A stretch of 64,000 nt of DNA from IMG/VR virus record IMGVR_UViG_3300022752_003639, positions 64,001-128,000 of that record; one strand, written 5' to 3'. The position numbers and the translations under genes are program-made. Below the pieces are notes generated by a model. It made no database searches and was not told the origin of the DNA. It saw only the letters and a list, made by a program, of their open reading frames with translations. Positions 45,430 through 57,400 of this stretch are shown here, piece by piece (the first letter of the stretch is position 1; every line of letters starts with the position of its first letter). Source of the DNA: a virus.

Positions 45430-48400
45430 TTATAATCCTTGTAATAAATCACCATCATTCTCTGCTAGTGGGTCATTGTTTTCATCATATAATTCTAAGT
45501 TTCCTCCATAATAGTATACGCTTGGTAATTCAGCCGGTCCACGACGTAAGAACTTAGCTTGAGTGCTTGTACTAGTCAATATCGAACTGGTTGAAATATC
45601 CCAAATCTTACTGGTTTTCTTAATTACAGTAATTCTAACACCTGGAATAACTTCTTCGCTAATATTTAACCTTAATGTTTGACTCGTGCCCACTTGTATT
45701 GAAAACTCTGGAGGTAAAATTTCATAACTAGCTGTATATACACCATTTACAAATACAGAAGATGTATTATCATAAGCACGACTTATATCATGCACGGTAA
45801 CAGAATCCTTACGTAAACGACGACCTCCATAATATACTTCTACCTGATCTTCGAAAGCAGGTAACACACCATTAGTTGTAGTGGTTAATAAAACTATACC
45901 ATTTCCTACACTAGTTGTTGTATTAACACTGAAAGAACTAGTATTAGTTAGAGTACTAATAATGTAGGTTGTTGTATTGGAACTAGGAATATGTTGTATA
46001 TAACTTCTTTCTTCCGTGGACATATTCTGTCTCATACTCTGATCATAGACTAATGTACCAGCATCTGAATACCAAGGAGTACCAGTACCATAAGTTCCCC
46101 TGCGTAATTGTGTAAGTTCGTTACCGTTTTTCACAAAAAATTCAATTCTTTCACTGTCAATAAACACAACACCTGGTATATTTTTACTAGGATTAGGAGA
46201 AAATAATACACTTCCATCTTCAACATGAATACTTGTATCATAATAATTTAAAGGCTGCGCCAGACGAGTCCTAAAAAATCTTGTTATACGTTGTAGACTT
46301 TGTCTGTCAAAAATATCTTTCCATATTCTGTAGGCTAAAATATTCGTTGAATAATTCACCGGATTAATTGTATTAATTACAATCTTAGATCCTAATACCA
46401 TATCAACATCATTACCAATTACAACCGTTTGCATATCTGACTTCAAATAAAAATCAAATCCTGCAATAAGTGACTGATCATTTGCAGTGACCCAAACGTA
46501 GTTTTCATTGAAAACTGGCAGGCTTAGGTAATATTCGTTGTTGTGACTTAGGTCAAAAGTTTCAGTTCTTATTCCCATAGAATCATGATTTTGGAAATGG
46601 GTTACCTTTAATGATCCGCTGGTAAGTGCAGTTTTTAGTCTAATCTGATTTTCTAAAACAACGTAACCATAATCAACTAGATCCATAATTGTTATGGTAT
46701 CATTATTCCTAAGAATGCCTGTATTAATTGTAACAGTTTCAGCACCTTGATTAATAGTAAAATCAAATCCTGGTCTAATTTCATATCCATTTACATAGAC
46801 TTTTACATTTTGGTTATTATAAATTCTTCCGCTGCGTTTATTGTTAATATCATATGTATTTTGTAAGTTGCTTACCTTGTAATAACTTATATCAGGAGGA
46901 AGCAATCTTACTCTGCTACCATAATTATTACCAGATAAATGTTCTACTATCACCTGACCAGATATTGGTTCTAGCATAAAGGGCGGACTTGCAAATGTCA
47001 GTAAAGAAGTTGTTGTACTAATGACATAGTACTGCTCGACTATACGATTTAGTGATTCAAAATTATTTCTAAAAAACCATGCTAGAACTTCATGCCTACC
47101 AGAAGGTATATTTTTAATTTTTACAGACGCACGTTTGTTGTCTGCACTGACCGGTTCTAATACATATCCTAACGATGTGCCTGTTACATATTGGTTAACT
47201 GATACTCCATCGAGCTCAACATAAGCTCTGCTGACATCGCTGAATGCTAGATCACTAATTAAAATTGTATTAGATGTTGTCACAAAATCAACTGCTGCTG
47301 TTTGACTGTCTAAGCCTGTAGATGATCCTGCTGTTACATAGGAATATCCAATTTTACCTTGTGCGCTTTGAGCTGCTACAGTTAGTTTATTTCCTTGCAA
47401 GAAGTAACTACTGCTGTTTAGTCCGGGTAAAGGATATGACGACGACCTACTTAAAGGTCTTCCGTCAAAAGTTACTAATAATCCTGCAGGTATTTCACCT
47501 GTTATAAAGTTTATTGTGGCCGTTGTCTCTACTCCCGGTTGAGTAAAAATAGCACCATTAAACATTATAGGATTTATTTTTTCAGGTCTAGTGTATACAC
47601 TTAAAGATAAACTATCTTTTGTATCTCCAGGAACAAATTCTTCTGGAGCATAACTTCTAAATGGATTAACTAATCCATCAGGATTAAATGAGGCTGAAAT
47701 TTGTTGACTTTCTGAACTAGCTTTAATGTAATTTTCAACGTCCAATAAAGTCTGATAACCGTCGACTATAGTTTGTACCCAATAATCTAATCCTCCCTGG
47801 TCTGCATGTCTGTATAGGTATTTTAGATAATACCCATCAATAGAATCTGCATAAACTGTAGCAGTTGTGCCTGGAACTGTTGTATTAAGTTTATTGCCAT
47901 AATATTGACCAACTGGTTTAATCCATCCTCCGCCTTGTACAGAAACATCAGTGGCCGTGATTCCAAATGCACTGGTATTCGTACCATTAAAATAACTGCC
48001 ACCTGATAAATTCACTGTTAATAAATCAGGATCATAATTGTACTTCCAAAAATCTATTTCAGTGTATCCGTATATAGTAGCTGTTGCAGTGGTCATCACT
48101 CCTGTGCTTACCCCAGTAACATTAATAACAGCTCTGGTTACTGTGCCTGAACTAGTTGTTATATACCAGGTAGGTGATCCTGAACTAAATTGCACTGTAG
48201 CAGTTGCAACTTGAGAAAATATTGCATAAGTTTGTATAGAAAAAGTAGAAGTTCCTGTGCTCAGCTTGACTACTTTGTCTAAGACTGATGCTGTAGAACT
48301 TACTGTACTAAGAATACTTAATATTCTAACCTGAGTAGCAGTAGTAACCTGCGAAGTAGTTGCACTAAGAACTTGGGTAGCAGTTACCTCGAAAGTTGAA

Positions 48401-51400
48401 TTAGTAGTGGTTAAAATTGAATATAAACTATTGAAAGTATTATTAACAACATTGGTTATTAAAACTTTATCTCCAACTTTGATGTCACCTCTAAACAACT
48501 TAGTAGTCGTAAACGTAATTCTAGAACCAATTGCAGTGGCAGTGGACACTACCTTTTTAATTCTATAAGTAGGACTACTGATAGTTATTTCGTTTGTATT
48601 TGAGTTTATTGCAGTGACAATAGTTTCAGGTCTTATTCTAATAGTACTGGTATTGCCAATAATTATACTTTGCCCTGTTGTGATTCCGGTGGTTGTGTTA
48701 ACTTTTATTATAGTAGAAGTAGTGTATAAATCTTCTTTTAATTTTACAGTAACATATTCTTGAACTAAATCATCCCAAGGAGCAGTATCATAATTTGTTG
48801 TTCCCCAAGGTGGTGTATCTTGAAATATCATTCCTTCATAAGTAGTCAATGGATAGTCTAATCCAGATACCAAATTAGGAACATCTTTTTCTAACATACC
48901 TGTTGTAGGATTGTAATATTGTTCTATTCTTTCTACAGCATTAAAAAGTGAAATGTTCTTTTTATAAACTACTTTGAATACCTGGTTCGCAGACGGTATC
49001 ACATTTAATAAAGTTATACGAGTAAACGATTTTGCATAATACCCTTCATAATCTTGTTTAAAATATTCTAACTTGTAATCTGTAGAATAGATTAACTTTC
49101 CATTTAAGGTAGGAGTAATTGTACTTCTATCTGTGTTTGCTAACCAGGTTAGTACAAATGTATTTTGCTCTCCGTTACAGATAAATTGATCAGTAACATA
49201 GACATCTTCTATTTCAACGTCCTTAGAAATTCTATCAAATTTAAAACCAATTAAATTTTTACGGATAGTATCATTTGCGATTATAACACTAGCCGTGGCC
49301 TGTTGAGTAACTGAGTTTCCTCCGCCGGTAAACTGAATAATCGGCGCAATAAGGTAACCGCTTCCTGGATTTGTAACTGTAATTTTAACAACTTTTCCTG
49401 CACGTATAAATGCTTCTGCGGTTGCACCTGAACCAAAATCACCACTTACAGGTACTAAAGTTACAGTAGGTCTTTGTGTATATCCTTGTCCACCGTCGGC
49501 AACAATTATTTCCTTAACATAATATGTATGATTCTCTGTCCAGTTTTTCCAAGGCAAGACATTTGTTAATGTGTTGGTTAATGTAAATGCTGTGGCAGTA
49601 GATGTACTTGAAATATGCATCGGAAAGTAACCTAGAGTTTCTTGACTATAAACCGGAGGCATATCGAAGTCTGTTATATTATGTGAAAAATATTCAATTG
49701 CATTATATTTTGAAGTATAATTCCTTAATTGACTATGATAAGGTTTAATTTCTTTAATATAATCTTCAAAATATTTTTCGTTTTCTAATTTATAAACTGC
49801 CCGTTGATCTAATACTCCAAGATCAGTAACAAAATTAACAAATGATGTTTTAAATGCCCAATCTAACATCTTCTGTTCGGTTAATGCATAACGAACACCT
49901 GCAAAAAATAATAAATTCCAATAAACTTTTAAGGCATCTTTGAAAATATCATGCTTTAAAGCATTAATAATATTTCTTAATTCAATAACATTTTTTTGGT
50001 CAAATAGAGTATCCGACAAACCTGATTCGTCATAGTTATAAACTGATAATTCAGTATTCCATAGCTTATCGAGAATTTTAATTGTTCCAGATTCAACGTA
50101 TACACTGTTATAAAATGGTGTTAATGTTCCGTTATTAACTCTTTCAACTATAGTAAATTTGCCATTACCGTTGTTTTTCACTTTAATATACGTTCCTAAT
50201 GGAGCATTATTATAAGCAGTTATACTAGATAAGTTATCTAAAACATACAAAGGAGTTTTAAATTCATTGTAATCATCTGATTTCCAATCAATATAATCCC
50301 AAAATTCTTCAGTATTATAACGTTGGGCGTAAACTTTTACCCATTGATTTAATTGCTTGTTATATTCATGAGCTGTCCATCGTCCATTATTTTCTGCATT
50401 ACTTGTTAATATCGCTGTATAGGAACGAACATAAAGTAACGGAGCTGTTACAAATTCATATCCAGAATTTTCAATTAAGGTAGAAATGATTTCTCCGAAC
50501 TCGTTAATAAATGTTCTTATAGTTGCAGGGGTCTTATTTTCTAAAATTACAACATTAGGTGCAAACAAATAACCTTTTCCAGAATTAACGATATTAACTG
50601 CAACTATTTTTCCATTTTCTACTACACAGGTTAATTGTGCCTGTATAAAAGCTATGGTATCTATTTGAGATAATTGTTGAATAGTATCTACTAAAAAGTC
50701 ATATTTTCCTAATGACTCTGACGGTATTTCATCTTTTAATTTTAAGTTGTCTAAGTTATATAAACCTACAATTTCTTCTTTAGACAATCTGTAATTTGCA
50801 AATGATATAATATTCCTTAGAGCTTCTATTCTATTTTTAAATATTGTTTGTTGCGGTCTGATCCCTATACCATATCTATTTCTATAGGTTAAACTAGGAT
50901 CAGGTACTGGATTACCATCTATGTCTTCACCTAATAAGCTGTCAATAAATTTTTTCTCTAGTAACGCATTAGGAACACTATTAGCATCTCCTTCTGTTAA
51001 CAATAACCATTCTGTATGTCTTGGAATAGGATTATTTTTATTGAACGATATATTAGCACTTATGCGATCATCTATTAATAAAGGCTGTACATTTGCAAAC
51101 GCTACAGAATTAGGACTTAGCAAGGCTGCAAATCTAACACCATTTGCCTGTGGATCTGAAATATAGCTAGCAACTTGGTATGCACTTAATCTTCTATTTT
51201 TTACATCAGGAACTATCAATTTATTTTTTACCCAGAAATAATAAACATTTTCAAATATTCCTGAAACGCTATTATAAATTTGTTTGACAGATATAACTTC
51301 ATTATTAGGATATTTAGGTTGCCCGCTTATTCCCGATGTAATACCCTCGTTGGTATCTGCCTGCGCAGCCCATACACTTGGCAATACATTAGATCTTACC

Positions 51401-54400
51401 CATTCATAAATGTCAATGGTAGATCCGGGAAATACTTTACCCCAATTATTCTTTCTAAAAAGATCATCTCCTTGTTCATACCATGTAAACTTAACTGTAC
51501 TTAGATCCCACCATAATTCGCCGACATGCTCATCTAACCAATTATTTTTATCATCTACAATATTGCTAGATCGACCAATTGAATATATTGCAGGATCACT
51601 AGGAGTTTTATATTTTAATTCCTGCTCTGCTAGTCCTGAAATTTTACCCTTTAACGGATCTATCACTTCTAAATATTCTGTAACTTCTTCTTTATGCTTA
51701 TCTATTAGCGCAATTCGTTCTGCACTATTCGTATCTACTAAATTAGGTTGCTGACGTTTTACAGAAAATATAGATGGCATATCGAAAATAAATGCCATGC
51801 TATTGTCTTCGCCTTGTGTAGTTTCAGAATAAGGAGCGCCAACATATGAGTATCTATTGGTAGAAACTACATCATATCCATATCTACTACCTTCAACTAC
51901 AGCATTATCAATTAGTTCGTGTGCCAGTACAAAATATGAACCAAATCTCTGGTAAGCATAGACAACACCTGCATCAGGAACTATTTCAATAAATTTAGTT
52001 GTACCACCATCAAAAGTAGTTTCATTCTCTTGACTGCTCTTATCAAAAATTAAAGTAACAGATCTATTCGTACCTAGCCCGCTGACCAAAAGTTTCGTTT
52101 CATTTCTATCCAATGACAAACTATGACCAAACTTAAGATCGCTAATAGCCACTGGGTTATAAAGACTTTGTAAAAACTGATATTTGTTATTGCTGTTTAA
52201 TCTGTAAATTACTACAGCTCCATATGAAGTGTCGTAATTTCTATATTCTGGAGCACTGACAATTAAGTATCTTCCTGAATACGAAATAATATGATCCTTA
52301 CCGAATTCTCCTACTGGGCCTGCCGGATTGAATAGTGTTTGATAATGAGTAATCAAGGCATTTGTATATCTAAATACCTGTACCACTCCTGAAGATGTAG
52401 AATCCTGATAACCAGGAGCACTTACTGCTACCAAGGATCCTGTAGCACTACCGCTAACTTTATAACCCCACTGGTCACCTACTTTTAATGTTACCGAACT
52501 AGTCGAATAAACTGCAATTCCACTAAAAGGAATACCGATCTGTATTCCTGCGGCTTTTCTAATTCTGTATGCATAGACATTGCCTTGAGTACCAGTTGTT
52601 ATATTAGTTACTGCGCTTACTATTGTTGCAGAAACTGTTGAAGTAGTTGTAGTATTTAAAGCAAATGTAACTTGATTAGGATAAATGTAAAGCCCTAGAC
52701 CTATATTTTTAGTTCCAGGTGCACCTACTAAAAGTAAAGTATTAGAGGTAGTTGTTACTTCATTTATGTACACAGAATGACCAAATCGTATTCTATCTGA
52801 AGATGTGGAAGAATTAGGGTAAGGATTAGTTAAAACTGCTTCTACTATTTCGTCATCATTGTAAGGTCCTATACTACTGATTTTTACAAGACCTTCGTCT
52901 TCGTATATTCTAGGACTTATTGTTAAATATCCTGTACTGGAAGTAATACTACTAGTAGTAGCCGACAATGACATTGTCCATTGAACATAATCAGGGCTTA
53001 CTACAAATCCGCTATTACTTATTGCTCTTCCTGATGCAGAAAGAACTGTAGCACTATTACTAATAAGAATATCTATTCCATAGACAACATCACTAGGTTC
53101 TTCCTCTAATCCTGTAAACCCATAGATGTTACTAGCTCTTGGTGCGCCGACAATTATATAATTTTTGTTATAATCATAAGCCATGCTGTAACCAAACTCG
53201 GTTGGTTTGGTAGCATTAGCATAGGTTAAATTACTGGAATTTAATGTGTATTCGAACAACCTCTTAGGTAGATCATTTTCTCTTGAAAATACTTTTACCC
53301 TACCATAACTGTATGTAGCAGATGTATAAAAATTAGGCGCTGATACAAAAAATTTATCAGTTCCGTCTCCTGCCCAAATAGTATGACCTAGCTCTTGGGC
53401 GGAAGGTTCTGGAATTGAAGTAATATAGTCTGTTGGATAATCTGTTGTTTTTTCGTACACCTGCCATTTGTTATTGATGCCGCTGTCTACCCAAAATAAC
53501 TCACCTTGATCTAGAGTTAATAACTGTTTCTTATTAACAATTTCTAACAATGTAGAATATCTAACAACGTCAAACACAAACAAATTTCCATAGGCAAATT
53601 GTTCTTCATTTTGTATAGAAGTCAAGGACGATTGAACTGTAAACTGATTAACCTGAGGAATAGCTGTTACTATATATACACCATTAACCTGCGAATTAAA
53701 ATTTACTACACTAACTATATCACCTATACTGAGATAATGATGTAAATTACAACTAAACGTAATATTTTCTCCAGGAGAACTTACATATACTCCGGAAATC
53801 TTTGCTATTTTTTTAATGTACCTATAAACAGACCATTGACCGTTTTCTAAAAATCCGGTCCAAATAGTAGATTTATTTTGTATTTGATTGTTACGAGCAA
53901 TATCTAACAAACTGTTTTTATTATAAGCCGTAGCTGTTACATCATCTAATCTTACGTATCCAGCTGTTGGTAAAATTATCCCAGCATCGTTGAATGTACC
54001 AGATAACTCTGAAGCTGATTGTGTGTAGTTAGAATCTGGTACTTGGATATTTTGTACAGTTATAGTCGGAAAAACTGATGTAGATACATAATCTACAGGA
54101 GTTAATAACAAATCATTTGGTGTAATATAATTAATTAATGGACTAGAATCGTTAGGTAACGACTCAACAAAAGTAATTAAGTATGGATTTTCTAAACTGG
54201 TACCTTCTATTAGCGGAAATTCAACTTCATCATAATTGCTGAATCCTCCATAAAACCCTGACCTAAATGCCCATTCTTCATTAAAGGTAATATCTCCTTT
54301 GTTAACAAACTTACTTGCCTTAGATAATTTGTCAATGGCATTTTTTGTACCTTTATCTTTAATATATCCCTGATAAAATTTATATTGGCTGATAGAATTT

Positions 54401-57400
54401 GTAAAAATGTTGTCAAAATAAGTTCTAGGAGTATAACCTATTAAATGTTGCGCTAATTTTTGTTGACTATAATCAAAGTTATCTATATCTAAACTATAAA
54501 AATCTTCAAATTGTCCAATCTTGTAATCAAAATTAGGAAGTAAATCTGGTACAGGTTTTTCATTTAGCAACGTCCATTTGCTAAAAATAAATTTATCTGA
54601 GCTTTCTACTTTATAAGCAGCCTGATAATAAGAACCATTGAACCTTACAATATCTCCTATTTCATAAGTTTTATAAATTTCCCAATCACCAATTGTAAAG
54701 TTATCATATACAAATCCGGGACTATACAGGTCTCCATTCCAGTCTTTGGTTCTGAAACCCGACAATCTAATTCTTCTTTGTTTATAACCTGTTTCAGTAT
54801 CGAAGATAGTATCATTAAACACAGTTGAATTATTCAATATAATCCCATGCTCTTTCTGTACGCTAATAAATTTTACAAAGAAAAAACCTTCTTCTGTATC
54901 CACAGTTTGTAATGTACAATATCCATCCTCTCTTGTAAGGCTAAAATTTTCCTGAGGGAAGGGTTTACCGTCTGCTTTTAACAAACTATATTCATATCTA
55001 TTATCTTTCAAGTTTTCAACAACACTGTTTAAAAAACTATATTTTAATGAATAAGCGAACGGACTTAATGTGATTAAATTATTATCAGCCCAACCTTGTG
55101 TACACCAATATAGAAATTCTTTTCCACTGTACTTCCAGTCCATTACCTGTGAATACTTTGTTGAATAATAATCAAATTCAAACCCTTGACTTTCTAAGTA
55201 TGCACCGTAACCTGTAATAATATCATATACTTCTTGAATAGAATTTATTTCTGTACCATATATGTATCTTGTAACTTCATTACTAAACTTTTTAGTAGTT
55301 TGTACAGTTACTCCACCTTTACTAGGTAAACTAGGTATACTAGTCCAATATGTAATATCAAAAACACTGCCTGGATTGTGACTAATTTTACATCTGTAAA
55401 ACTTATTATTGTATCTAACAACTTGTCCCTGTTTATAAAAACGTGTAGTAGGACTTGTATTAGCAGAGGATGTCTCAGAATTACTCAATTTATAATTTTT
55501 GTTCTGAGTTATTCCCGACCATTCGGTAAAATCTTCAGTAGTTCCTCCTACAGTTAATGCAGGACTACTATATTCCTTAATAGGCAACAGTGTATCAAAA
55601 TATGGTTTTTCTAAATCATATCCTTTAATAATAAATCTACCATTAACCTTTTGTATTATAATTCCGCTTGCAGAAGCTACCTTAACCGGATTGCTGATGT
55701 TTAATATTATATTGTAATCTTCATAAGGTAATACAAGTCCAGGACTATTAGATACAGGATCGATAGAATCAATATTAATTTGTAATTTTTCTTTATTTGT
55801 AAATCCGCCTAGTTTATAAAACAAATTAAAGTTAAGATAATCTAAATCATTCCTCAAATTTGTAATATAATCTTTATTTCGAATTTTTCCTGCTTCAATC
55901 ACAAGTTGACTATAACCGCTACTTTGTGCGTTATCCTCACCATCTAATATAATCTTTTTAGGACTTAAGTATAAATCGTCCTGTGTATAGGTAATCTGAT
56001 TTATCACATTATAAGAAAGTCTACTAGTATCGAATAACGCAGACAAATAATCTGCTGGATTTAATAACAGACTAACAATGTTTACAGCGTATGGCCAATA
56101 ACTACTATTTTTCCATGCAGTTTCTGATGGACTACCATCTCCAAAGTTCCAAGGGCCGGCACGAGCTCCTAAACTATTTTCTGTAACGAGAGTAGAGGGG
56201 TTAACTAAATTACCAGATAAATCTACAGGAACAATGGTACTAAATCCAGTACGAGCATAGTTTAGATCATACTTAGCAGCCTGAGACGGATTAGATATTT
56301 TCCCCAATGTAATAGCATTTATTAATGCTGCACGTTTAGGTACGTTTGTCCAACTGTAATATGAATCCCACCATGCAGGTTTTTTTGAAAATCCTAACAT
56401 TACCCAGGGTTCGGTATGAGGATGGTCAGTATCGTAAAAATAATTAAAAAAACCTCTCCAATGTTTAGGAATCTGAGTATTATGAATTTTATCTATAGAA
56501 TCTTTATAATTCCAAGTAAAGGAATCAGCGGCATCATAGATTGAATTTGTCCTTACGTCAACGGTATTAATTCCTGCCCAATATGAAAAGTCTTGATTTA
56601 AAATTTCCGTAGCTTGTTCGAATTTAGATCTATTTCTAAATAACCCAGGATAACCTGCTTTAACATCAAATATATTAGATTGGTATGAAACCTTTATATT
56701 ATTATATACCCTCTTTTCATATTCTAATATAATAGCATCTCTATAATCACCAAAAGCAACTAATAAACTACCGTCATGACCTCTGATCATTTGTACAGGA
56801 TTTATAAAGGTGTCATCTGTATAAATTTTAGGTTCATACTTGGGATAGAGTCCTAACTTACTAGGTGTCGGAGGAACAAAGGATCCTTGTGTATTACTAA
56901 ATGTATGAATTTCTATAATATCATTAACAGCCAATGTAGCGACAAATGAAATTTCATCTATATTAATAGTATAATCCGTCTCATAAACACATTGAGTTCC
57001 GTTAAGATAAATGTATAACGATTTAAAACTAAGACTTGTTAGGTTAAAGTCAAACCCAATAGGATAATCGGTAATTGCTGGATTGGTAACTTTATAAGAT
57101 TTAACAACTCTAGTATCTCCGTGGCCTAACATATCTGATCTATAATACGCAGAGGTAAAATCTTTGGTAACGTTAATTTCTTTTAATATTGTATCAACTG
57201 CATCATATACACTTGCATTAGATGATATACCTGATAACTTTCTAATAAAATTTTGTTTAAATTGCTGATAATGATTACCCACAGTTCTTAGAGCATCTAC
57301 TACATTATGTTCTTTTTTACCTATGAATAAATCAGTAAACGCTATTGGATTAGCATTGGTTACAATACGAGTACCATATTTTGTATATCCTGTAATATCT

